A DNA stretch of 64,000 bases from Eledone cirrhosa. Lineage: Eukaryota. Below the pieces are notes generated by a model. That model did no database searches. It was given only the letters and a program-made list of their open reading frames with translations, and had not been told where the DNA came from. Position numbers and translations under genes: made by a program. Below are positions 42,301 through 54,667 of this stretch, piece by piece; position 1 is the first letter of the stretch, and each line of letters opens with the position of its first letter. The DNA lies in assembly GCA_964016885.1 (NCBI GenBank), contig OZ024757.1, positions 35,960,001 through 36,024,000 on the forward strand, read 5' to 3'.

Positions 42301-45300
42301 TAAACCTAAAGAATGTGATGTATGTGGTAAATTATTGAGGTAAGTACTCTAATATTTCACTTGCTGCACTCCATTAAACGTCTTATTCTACACCAGTGAT
42401 TCACAGCAAGGTGCACAATTTCTAGATTTCAATATGAAAATGATGTTAATGAGAACTTAGGGTTTTATCTTGTTACTTTTTCACCAAGGTAACTTTGGTA
42501 CACATTACTGCCAGAAACTCCTGCCTCACCTCCTCCACATGTTATTGTACATCTGGTATCACCTATACCAAGGTAACTTTGGTACACATTACTGTCAGAA
42601 ACTCCTGCCTCACCTCCTCCACATGTTATTGTACATCTGGTATCACCTATACCAAGGTAACTTTGGTACACATTACTGTCAGAAACTCCTGCCTCACCTC
42701 CTCCACATGTTATTGTACATCTGGTATCACCTATACCAAGGTAACTTTGGTACACATTACTGCCAGAAACTCCTGCCTCACCTCTTCCACATGTTATTGT
42801 ACATCTGGTATCACCTATACCAAGGTAACTTTGGTACACATTACTGTCAGAAACTCCTGCCTCATCTCTTCCACATGTTATTGTACATCTGGTATCACCT
42901 ATACCAAGGTAACTTTGGTACACATTACTGTCAGAAATTCCTGCCTCACCTCCTCCACATGTTATTGTACATCTGGTATCACCTATACCAAGGTAACTTT
43001 GGTACACATTACTGTCAGAAACTCCTGCCTCACCTCCTCCACATGTTATTGTACATCTGGTATCACCTATACCAAGGTAACTTTGGTACACATTACTGTC
43101 AGAAACTCCTGCCTCACCTCCTCCACATGTTATTGTACATTTGGTATCACCTATACCAAGGTAACTTTGGTACACATTACTGCCAGAAACTCCTGCCTCA
43201 CCTCTTCCACATGTTATTGTACATCTGGTATCACCTATACCAAGGTAACTTTGGTACACATTACTGTCAGAAATTCCTGCCTCACCTCCTCCACTATACC
43301 AAGGTAACTTTGGTACACATTACTGCCAGAAACTCCTGCCTCACCTCCTCCACATGTTATTGTACATCTGGTATCACCTATACCAAGGTAACTTTGGTAC
43401 ACATTACTGTCAGAAACTCCTGCCTCACCTCTTCCACATGTTATTGTACATCTGGTATCACCTATACCAAGGTAACTTTGGTACACATTACTGTCAGAAA
43501 CTCCTGCCTCACCTCTTCCACATGTTATTGTACATCTGGTATCACCTATACCAAGGTAACTTTAGTATACATTACTGTCAGAAACTCCTGCCTCACCTCC
43601 TCCACATGTTATTGTACATCTGGTATCACTTACACATCAAGTTGTTTACGCTTTACATATCAAAGGGATGGAGGTGGGCAAATCAATTGTTGAGCTGTTG
43701 AGGTGGGGCAAGGTGCACAAAAGGTTAGGGAGCACTATACTACAAACTTCTTTCATTCCTTACTTTGAGATAATATGGTGTGGAGGGTCTCTTTTTTATT
43801 GTTATTGTTTGTCTCTTGCAATTGAATATCTGGTCTGAAATCACCCTGGCCTTGTTGCAGCTATCATGGACTACATTATCTCATGTGTCCTAGGACTACA
43901 TTATCTAATGTATCTAGGACTACATTATCTAATGTATCTAGGACTACATTATCTAATGTATCTAGGGCTACATTATCTAATGTATCTAGGACTACATTAT
44001 CTAATGTATCTAGGACTACATTATCTAATGTATCTAGGACTACATTATCTAATGTATCTAGGACTACATTATCTAATGTATCTAGGACTACATTATCTAA
44101 TGTATCTAGGACTACATTATCTAATGTATCTAGGACTACATTATCTAATGTATCTAGGACTACATTATCTAATGTATCTAGGACTACATTATCTAATGTA
44201 TCTAGGACTACATTATCTAATGTATCTAGGACTACATTATCTAATGTATCTAGGACTACATTATCTAATGTATCTAGGGCTACATTATCTAATGTATCTA
44301 GGGCTACATTATCTAATGTATCTAGGGCTACATTATCTAATGTATCTAGGACTACATTATCTAATGTATCTAGGACTACATTATCTAATGTTGTCTTATT
44401 CATCCATGAAAAGGCAAGATGATCATTACTGGAATGTCATGGATTATTGTTGTGTCCAACCAGGGTTGACCTGCTGTTTAAAGTTTGTCATGAATTACAG
44501 AAAAGAATGTTATTTTTATTGAAATAATTCTTGCCAACTGTTTGTAATTGCAGGGGTGTGTTTTTCCAAGGTTACCAGTGTCAAGGTATAGAACAATTAT
44601 TGATATTTTATTATTGATCTTCACTTGTTTAGATCTATTTAAGCCAGTATGTTCTGTACCAACATTAAATCAAATTAGCAAGTTATTCTTGAAAAGTTCA
44701 AAGCATCACTATGACTGCATCTCATTAATTATTAAAGTCTTTATTTCAATACTATAAATTTTCTCAACAATCTGCCCACTAGTAAAGATACTATAAACTT
44801 TTGAATTAACAAATCACATGAAACCACAATAGCAAGAGATTATTGAAAATTTCAAAACAGCACTATCACTGCATCACATTATAAATAAAAATCTTTAGTT
44901 TACTACAAATTTTTAAAATCTGTCAATGAGTAAAGATAATGAAAAAAATAGAAATGGCAAAGTTTACAAGCAACTTCTAATAGTGTGCCTCTGTTAACAA
45001 AGACTATGAAACTGCAAGTTTCTTGAAAGTCAGACTAATCATCTATTGAAATATATGTGTGTGGGTGTGTGGAATTAATGCTGTTGTTATCAATGGAAAT
45101 TCTCTCCTTGTGATATATTTCTGTAAAATTTTCTTTCTCTCTTCAGAAACTAAAAAAGCTGTTCACAAAGAATGTATTGGGAAAGAAAAAAATGGTAAGT
45201 TGTTTAGTAATTAACTGTATTTCTCTCTCTCTCTCTCTCTTCATTACACCCCCCCCTCCCATCTTGTCACTGCCATCAATCTACTAATACGTCTCTCTTA

Positions 45301-48300
45301 TATCTTTCCAGTGCCTCCAATACCCCCAAGAACAAGTAAGTACACTAGCTACTTCCTCTAACAAACTGTAATGTAAAGGTGATTAGGAAGGACATCCAGC
45401 TGTAAATATCCCAGCCAAAATACAGTTGAGCAAGGTATGGCGCAGCCAACTGGCCAGACTTGTCTCATAATGTGGACGACCCATCTAACCCATGCAAGCA
45501 TGGAAAAATAAGACATTAAACGATGATGATGAGGATGATAATATATATATCATCATCGTTTAACATCTAAAATGCATTTAACTATAGTTATTGACAGTTC
45601 ATCAGTTAAAGCACTCAATACCATTATGCAGTTCTGTCTGGTATAAAGTTTATGCTTCAGTTTAAGGCGGATGTAACTCGGTATCACAGTAGAACTCCGA
45701 AGGCAACAAACAGTTTGATCATACAAAAGTCTACTTTAGGTTGTCTAAATCCATTTTTTTCCATGGACAATTATATATCATTTGAAATTTCTGGCTGTGA
45801 ATTTTCTTCTCATATACTTTTGATCCAATTACATATCATGCCAGATCTCTCCAATCTCCCCCGTATTTCCATCCATTTACATTTGTCCTGTTTTTGCTTT
45901 TGACTGCAGATCTGTAACGCTAGTTCTTATTCAGTGCACTGGAACATTATAACTTGATTTGTGTTGAAAATGATAGTCATGAAGAGGACTTTTTTTACTT
46001 TATTTTCATAAAAATAAATCAACGGGGGTAGATAATAAGAAGTATGCTAGCATCCGAAATGTACAAGAAAGTTGATAAAGTTTTATCTGTATAAATACAG
46101 AGTGGGTAACCATGACTGTATCAATGTGTATATAAATATATAATCATATTTACTATGTAGACATAAATATGCCAGGAAATACAAATTTCTCTGTAAATTG
46201 AAAAAAATGATAAACACCTTCAATCAACTAGCACCAAGTCTGTTTGAGGTGTCCAAACAAGAGAAGACGTACTCAATACATGTGCTGTTACTTGTTTGAT
46301 CTGACCAATCATATCACCTAATCTACTGAATTATTGCACCTTTCAGGCCAGGTTCGCTCGTTAGAAGAATATCTAGGGATCCCTGCACCACCACAGGAAC
46401 GGGTCCCATTAAAATTCCAAAGTGACACAGTTATTGAACTTCTACAGAAATCAGATGAATGGTGTCGGGTGAGTTTATTCTTGGTTCACTATGTGGGTGT
46501 GGCTATCACTGTAGATGTGACTGCAACATTGTGGGTGTGGCTATCACTGTAGATGTGACTGCAACATTGTGGGTGTGACTAACTGTGTGGGTGTGGCTAT
46601 CACTGTAGATGTGACTGCAACATTGTGGGTGTGACTAACTGTGTGGGTGTGGCTATCATTGTAGGTGCAAATCACATGGTCATTCATGACTGACGGGGGT
46701 CTTGGATGTGTGTGTCGATGTATGGGCATGTATATGTGTGTGTATATGTGTGTGTCTCTAGTCAGTAATGACATCATGTTTCCATTGTAGGGTCGGTTAC
46801 GTGGAGATGAAGGATGGTTCCCAGCTCGATCAGTTTCAGATATTTCAAGTCGGGTAAGTCTGTCTGTCTGTCTCTATGTAATTCTTCAGGTTGTTGTTGT
46901 TGTTGTATTGTGCCAGATGGCTATCAGAGAGAGACTGAGAGACATTATAGCTAACCCTGGTTGTGTACTGGGAGAGAGTGTAAAAGAGAGAGAGAGAGAG
47001 TGTAAGTGAGAAAGAGAGAGTGTAAGTGAGAGAGATAGATAGATAGTGTGTGTGTGTGAGAGAGATAGTATGTGTGAGAGAGAGAGATAGTGTGTGTGAG
47101 AGAGAGAGATAGATAGTATGTGTGTGAGAGAGAAAGTGTATGAGAGAGGGTGAGAGAGTGTGTAAATACTATACTACACAGACGGCTTATCGTCTGTTTA
47201 TCCAAGCGAAGGTAGGTACGTCAGCTATGGCGGTACTCAGTAATAGAGAAGACCCGCCTTACCTAAATACATAATAAAACCTACTACAGCCAGTAGGCAT
47301 CTCTAACAAAATACACCCCCGTCCCACCACCCCCACCCCATCCACACCACCCCCTTCTATGTAAAGTTATGTTGGTGCCACACCATCCAGGCCGAAACAA
47401 ATGAGATCGTGTAGGTGTCACGACAAAAAAACACACAGTCCACGCTGTAATGTGGCCGTGTAGGCAACACAGTAAAAACCTCCCAGACCCACACTGTAAA
47501 TGTGGTTGGTGTTAGGAAGGGCATCCAGCTGTAGAAAACCCACCAGACAGTCCTATGCGAGCAAGACAACCACTCTTGCCTCAAGTGGGAATACCCCCGT
47601 CCAAACCCATGCAAGCGTGGAACATGGACGTTAAACGATGATGATGATATATATATATATATATATATATATGGATGCCGTAGAACACGTCAATGGTAGC
47701 TGGGCCCCAGCCGGACCAGCGGCCAGCTAGTATACGATAAGCTTGACTTGATGGTTTTCGACACAGAAGAAAGATCTTGCTTCATTATAGATGTAGCTTG
47801 CCTCTTTCATACAAGAGTGCAAGGAAAGGAGAGGGAGAAAAGCGGGAACTGAAAAGGATTTGGGACTGTCATGAGATCAAGGTTGTCCCCATCGTCATAG
47901 CAACACTATGTACTGTCTCAAAGAGTTTCCAAGACTGGCTTAGAACCATCAGCCCAGGCCCCTTTAGTGGAACACTCCAAAAAGCATGCTTCCTAAGAAC
48001 AGCAAGGACTCTGTCCTCGATATCGAGGCTGCAGGTAGCTGCTTGATGTTTATTGGGCAATTTTTCTGATTAATAACATCAAATTCATAATAATAACTGT
48101 TTCTACTTTTGGCACAAGGCCAGCAATTTTCCCGGTGCATTACTGGTACTTTAATTTATCGCCCCCCCCCCCCCCCCCCTCCCGTAAGGATGAAAGGCAA
48201 AGTTAACCTCGGTGGGATTTGAACTCAGACCGTAAAGGGCCTTAATAACAATAGTAGTAATTGTTTCTACTTTGAGGCACAAGGCCAGTAATTTGGGAGG

Positions 48301-49118
48301 AGGGGAAAGTCGATTAAATCAACCCCAGTGTATTACTGGTACTTTATTTTATTGACCCCATAAGGATGAAAGGCAAAGTCAACCTCGGCGGCATTTGAAC
48401 TCAGATTGTAAAGGGACGTAACTATGCTAGAAAACATGGCGTCCAACCCTCTACCGATACTGCCAATCCACCACCCCAGTAATAATAATAGTACTGTAGT
48501 AATATTTATGTTCAATTCCTTCTGCTATATGGTAAGATGAAAATAAGAAAGTGTGCAATGCTGTGACAAGGACAAGCTCTGGTAAATATTTCTGTTTTTA
48601 GACTAGGACAGTGTGCTATGAGAAAGCATGTCTACAGAAGGTTGCTGAGAAAGTCCACCCAACAAAATTTCTCAATGGAATTAATCCATCGTCACAAGTA
48701 AAGAACTTATCCTCCTATCCTTGGTATGTATATATACACACACACACATACACATATATATATATATATATATGCAGGATAGCCCCCTCCCCAATATATA
48801 CACACTTTGAATTGTGATAAAAACAATGTTTATATCAAATATTAAAGTTTTTACTATTCAAGTCAGAGTAGACTGGCTTAAAGTTTTTTTTAGAAAAATA
48901 TTTGTTCAAAATAATGACTTTTCTGGTCGATGTTGATAAAAGAGGGAATTTATGACTTTATGGATCATTTCATTTGGTATTTCAATCACATTTCAACAGG
49001 TACCACTTACAAAATTCAACTTTCTCCCATATCCCCTTCATTGATGGTATGGACCACCGCTGGAATATATATATATTGTTTTTATCATCATTCAAACTGT
49101 GTATACATTTTTGAGGGA

Positions 49119-49167
<49 letters not shown>

Positions 49168-52100
49168 CACACATATCTATATGTGTGTGTGTTTGTGTGT
49201 GTGTGTGTGTCTGTTTCTCTAAATCTCTTGTGTAAATCCCATCTACTGATTGTTACTTTCAGGATCACCATCGAAAGACCTCATACACTGAGCATAAGCT
49301 GAACGGTCACCATCAAGCTATTACTAATACTCCAGAGCATGGCAACAATCTACCTAAATTTGACACCTCTATGTTAACAAAATACCCTTGGTATGTACTC
49401 TCACTCCTCCTCCTCCTCACTACAGGCTCACTAGAACACCCCTCACCCCCATTCCCTCTAGAACACCCCTCACCCCCCATTTCCTCTAGAACACCCCTCA
49501 CTCCCATTTCCTCTAGAACACCCCTCACCCCCCATTTCCTCTAGAACACCCCTCACCCCCATTTCCTCTAGAACACCCCTCACTCCCATTTCCTCTAGAA
49601 CACCCCTCACCCCCCATTTCCTCTAGAACACCCCTCACCCCCCATTTCCTCTAGAACACCCCTTACCCCCATTTCCTCTAGAACACCCCTTACCCCCATT
49701 TCCTCTAGAACACCCCTCACTCCCATTTCCTCTAGAACACCCCTCACCCCCCATTTCCTCTAGAACACCCCTCACCCCCATTTCCTCTAGAACACCCCTC
49801 ACCCCCATTTCCTCTAGAACACCCCTCACCCCCATTTCCTCTAGAACACCCCTCACTCCCATTTCCTCTAGAACACCCCTCACTCCCATTTCCTCTAGAA
49901 CACCCCTCACTCCCATTTCCTCTAGAACACCCCTCACTCCCATTTCCTCTAGAACACCCCTCACTCCCATTTCCTCTAGAACACCCCTGACCCCCATTTC
50001 CTCTAGAACACCCCTCACTCCCATTTCCTCTAGAACACCCCTCACCCCCATTTCCTCTAGAACACCCCTCACCCCCATTTCCTCTAGAACACCCCTCACT
50101 CCCATTTCCTCTAGAACACCCCTCACTCCCATTTCCTCTAGAACACCCCTCACCCCCATTTCCTCTAGAACACCCCTCACCCCCATTTCCTCTAGAACAC
50201 CCCTCACCCCCATTTCCTCTAGAACACCCCTCACTCCCATTTCCTCTAGAACACCCCTCACCCCCATTTCCTCTAGAACACCCCTCACCCCCATTTCCTC
50301 TAGAACACCCCTCACTCCCATTCCCCTAGAACACCCCTCACCCCCATTTCCTCTAGAACACTCCTCACTCCCATTCCCCTAGAACACCCCTCACACCCAT
50401 TCCCCTAGAACACTCCACACCCCCATTAAATACTGGTATGACGTACCCCCATTAAATACTGGTATGACGTAGCCCCTTTAAATACTGGTATGACGTACCC
50501 CTCATTAAATACTGGTATGACGTATCCCCATTAATTACTGGTATGACGTACCCCTCATTAAATACTGGTATGACGTACCCCTCATTAAATACTGGTATGA
50601 CGTACCCCCATTAATTACTGGTATGATGTACCCCTCATTAAATACTGGTATGACGTACCCCTCATTAAATACTGGTATGACGTACCCCCATTAATTACTG
50701 GTATGATGTACCCCTCATTAAATACTGGTATGACGTACCCCTCATTAAATACTGGTATGACGTACCCCCATTAATTACTGGTATGATGTACCCCTCATTA
50801 AATACTGGTATGACGTACCCCTCATTAAATACTGGTATGACGTACCCCCATTAATTACTGGTATGATGTACCCCTCATTAAATACTGGTATGACGTACCC
50901 CTCATTAAATACTGGTATGACGTACCCCCATTAATTACTGGTATGATGTACCCCTCATTAAATACTGGTATGACGTACCCCTCATTAAATACTGGTATGA
51001 CGTAACCCCATTAATTACTGGTATGACGTACCCCTCATTAAATACTGGTATGACGTACCCCTCATTAAATACTGGTATGACGTACCCCCATTAATTACTG
51101 GTATGACATACCCCTCATTAAATACTGGTATGACATACCCCCATTAAATACTGGTATGACGTGCCCCCATTAATTACTGGTATGACGTACCCCCCATTAA
51201 TTACTGGTATGACGTACCCCCCATTAATTACTGGTATGACGTACCCCCCATTAATTACTGGTATGACGTACTCCCATTAATTACTGGTATAATGTATCTC
51301 CATTAATTACGGCAGTATCGGGAGAGGGTCAGACACAATGTTTTCCAGCACAGTTACGGCCCTTTATGGTCTGAGTTCAAATCCCGCCGGGGTTAACTTT
51401 GCCTTTCATCCTTACGGGGTCGATAAAATAAAGTACCAGTAATGCACTGGGTAATTGCTGGCCTTGTGCCAAAAGTAGAAACAATTAATTACTGGTATGA
51501 CGTACCCTCATTAATTACTGGTATGACGTACCCCTATTAATTACTGGTATAACTATAAGAACTGAGGTACCATCCCTCATTATTTAACTGGTGAGACTGT
51601 AATAACTCAACTCTTCTCCCTCTCACTCAACTCTTCTCCCTCTCACTCATCTCTTCTCCCTCTCACTCAACTCTTCTCCCTCTCACTCATCTCTTCTCAC
51701 TCAACTCTTCTCACTCTCACTCAACTCTTCTCACTCTCACTCAACTCTTCTCACTCTCACTCAACTCTTCTCCCTCTCACTCAACTCTTCTCACTCTCAC
51801 TCAACTCTCTCTCACTCATCTCTTCTCCCTCTCACTCAACTCTTCTCCCTCTCACTCAACTCTTCTTCCTCTCACTCAACTCTTCTCCCTCTCACTTACT
51901 CAACTCTCTCTCACAGTCACTCCATAGCTACCAATACAGTAACCATAACTACCACCACCACTAGCATGTCTGTAATAGTGGCTGTCATCGGTAACAATGG
52001 TGTCCAGTTTAACTTAGTCCTCAGTAACCATGGCTACTACTCGATAATCTACCTTGTGGTTGTTATTTTCTAGAGATCCTGCAGCACTCAATCCCCAGCT

Positions 52101-54590
52101 TCTGTTCTATTATTCTCAGGCTACATTGTTACTGTAGTAGTAGTAGTGGTGGTAGTGGTTAAGGCATTGGTCAAATCAGTAGTGTTGTTTTTAAAGCTGG
52201 TGTTTGTGGAATTTTGTGGTCTTTAGTTATTTCCCCATCCTGTCACACCCGCATTTTATCCATATTTCTACTGAAAGACACTATCTATGTCATTAACCCT
52301 TTCATTACCATATTTCTAATGAAAGACACTGTCTATGTCATTAACCCTTTCATTACCATATTTCTAATGAAAGACACTGTCTATGTCATCAACCCTTTCA
52401 TTACCATATTTCTAATGAAAGACACTATCTATGTCATTAACCCTTTCATTACCATATTTCTACTGAAAGACACTGTCTATGTCATCAACCCTTTCATTAC
52501 CATATTTCTAATGAAAGACACTGTCTATGTCATTAACCCTTTCATTACCATATTTCTAATGAAAGACACTGTCTATGTAATTAACCCTTTCATTACAATA
52601 TTTCTAATGAAAGACACTATCTATGTCATTAACCCTTTCATTACCATATTTCTACTGAAAGACACTGTCTATGTCATCAACCCTTTCATTACCATATTTC
52701 TAATGAAAGACACTGTCTATGTCATTAACCCTTTCATTACCATATTTCTAATGAAAGACACTGTCTATGTCATTAACCCTTTCATTACCATATTTCTAAT
52801 GAAAGACACTGTCTATGTCATTAACCCTTTCATTACCATAGTTCTACTGAAAGACACTGACTATGTCATTAACCCTTTCATTACCATAGTTCTACTGAAA
52901 GACACTGACTATGTCATTAACCCTTTCATTACCATATTTCTAATGAAAGACACTACCTATGTCTTTAACCCTTCCATTACCATATATCTAATGAAATATA
53001 CTGTCTATGTAATTAACCCTTCCATTACCATATATCTAATGAAAGACACTATCTATGTCATTAACCCTTACATTACCATATATCTAGTGAAAGACATTGT
53101 CTATGATCTACTAATAATTTTACAAAATAACTGATTTCCTTGTTATTAAGAGGTGTTTGAGACATAACTTAATAAATGTTTTAACATAGAAATATGATGG
53201 AAGGTTTTTTAAATAAATAAAAACATTTTCAAGTTGATTAGTATGAAAAGGGTTATATTTAAACCCTTTAAAACAGTTTTGTAGAACAAGGGGTGGTTTG
53301 ACAGGGTTTAGTATCAAAATGGTTGTCATTTTAATAATATTTACCTTTCATTCCTTCGAGGGGAGTGGGTGGTGGGGTGATAAAATATGTACCAGTGATG
53401 ATTTGAGGAAATCAGTGATTAGATGACATGAGGGCTGTTAATTATAACAACACTAATATTTCCCTGCTCAGTACTTTGGTTGATTAACCTCTACCCTTTA
53501 CTCCTGAATGATGAAAGGCAATGTTGACCCCAGCAGGATTTAAACTCTGAACTTAAAGGGCCATAAATGTCCATGGAGTTCTAATGATGATTCTCTATAC
53601 CCACAGCCCTTAATTTCTAACTTAACTATAAGATTACAACAAGAAGGTAGAAATACCCTAAGGTTTTAACAATGCTCCTCCTCCTGGACCCTATCTCCAC
53701 CCTTGTATTCTGTCAGTCATTACCCAAGATGACCGTATGTAAGGGTTGGCACGAAAGTAGAAATCATGATTGTAATAATAATAATAATAATAATAGTTTC
53801 TACTTTTGGCACAAGGCCAGCAATTACCCAGTACATTACTGGTACTTTATTTTATCGACCCCGTAAGGATGAAAGGCAAAGTTAACCTCGGCGGGATTTG
53901 AACTCAGACCATAAAGGGACGTAACTCTATGCTTCAAAGCATGGCGTCTGACCCTCTACCGATACTGCCAATCCACAATTTCTACTTTAGGCACAAGCCC
54001 AACAATTTGGGGGAAGTGGAAAGTTGATTAAATCAACCCCAGTGAATTACTGGTACTTTATTTTATCAGCCCCATAAAGATGAAAGGCAGAATTAACCTT
54101 GACGAGATTTGAACTCAGAATGTAAAGGGAAAGTTCACATCCCATTGAGGTTAACTTTGTCTTTCATCCTTATGGGGTCAATAAAATACCAGTCATACAT
54201 TGGGGTGGATAAAATAAAGTACCAGTAACGCACTGAGGTTGATGTAATCGACTTTTCCCTTCCCAAATTGTTGGCCTTGTGTCTAAATCAGAAACCATTA
54301 TTATTATTAGTAGTAGTAGTGGTTGTAGTAATTTCTCCCTGTGGATAGCATGGCAGACATTTAGTACTAATGCATCTCGGTATTCACATGAAGGTGTCTG
54401 CTTTACTGCTACTGCTACTACTGCAGTAGTAAACTAACAACACTAAGTAATACTTCAGTACTTCAGTCCATACTAATGTTTTACCTTCTACCATATTTAT
54501 CACCATCATCACCACCACCATCATCATCATCACCACCATCATCATCATCACCACCATCATCACCATTATCATCATCATCACCATCATCAT

Positions 54591-54667
<77 letters not shown>

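Noticed and set aside
42465-44522. Repetitive ORFs of 175-407 aa
   Set aside because: 84-bp and 24-bp tandem repeats open in several frames and on both strands.
45910-45913. Possible 4-nt microexon (tgcag|ATCT|gtaacg)
   Set aside because: Would break the frame between two phase-1 exons; no compensating exon found.
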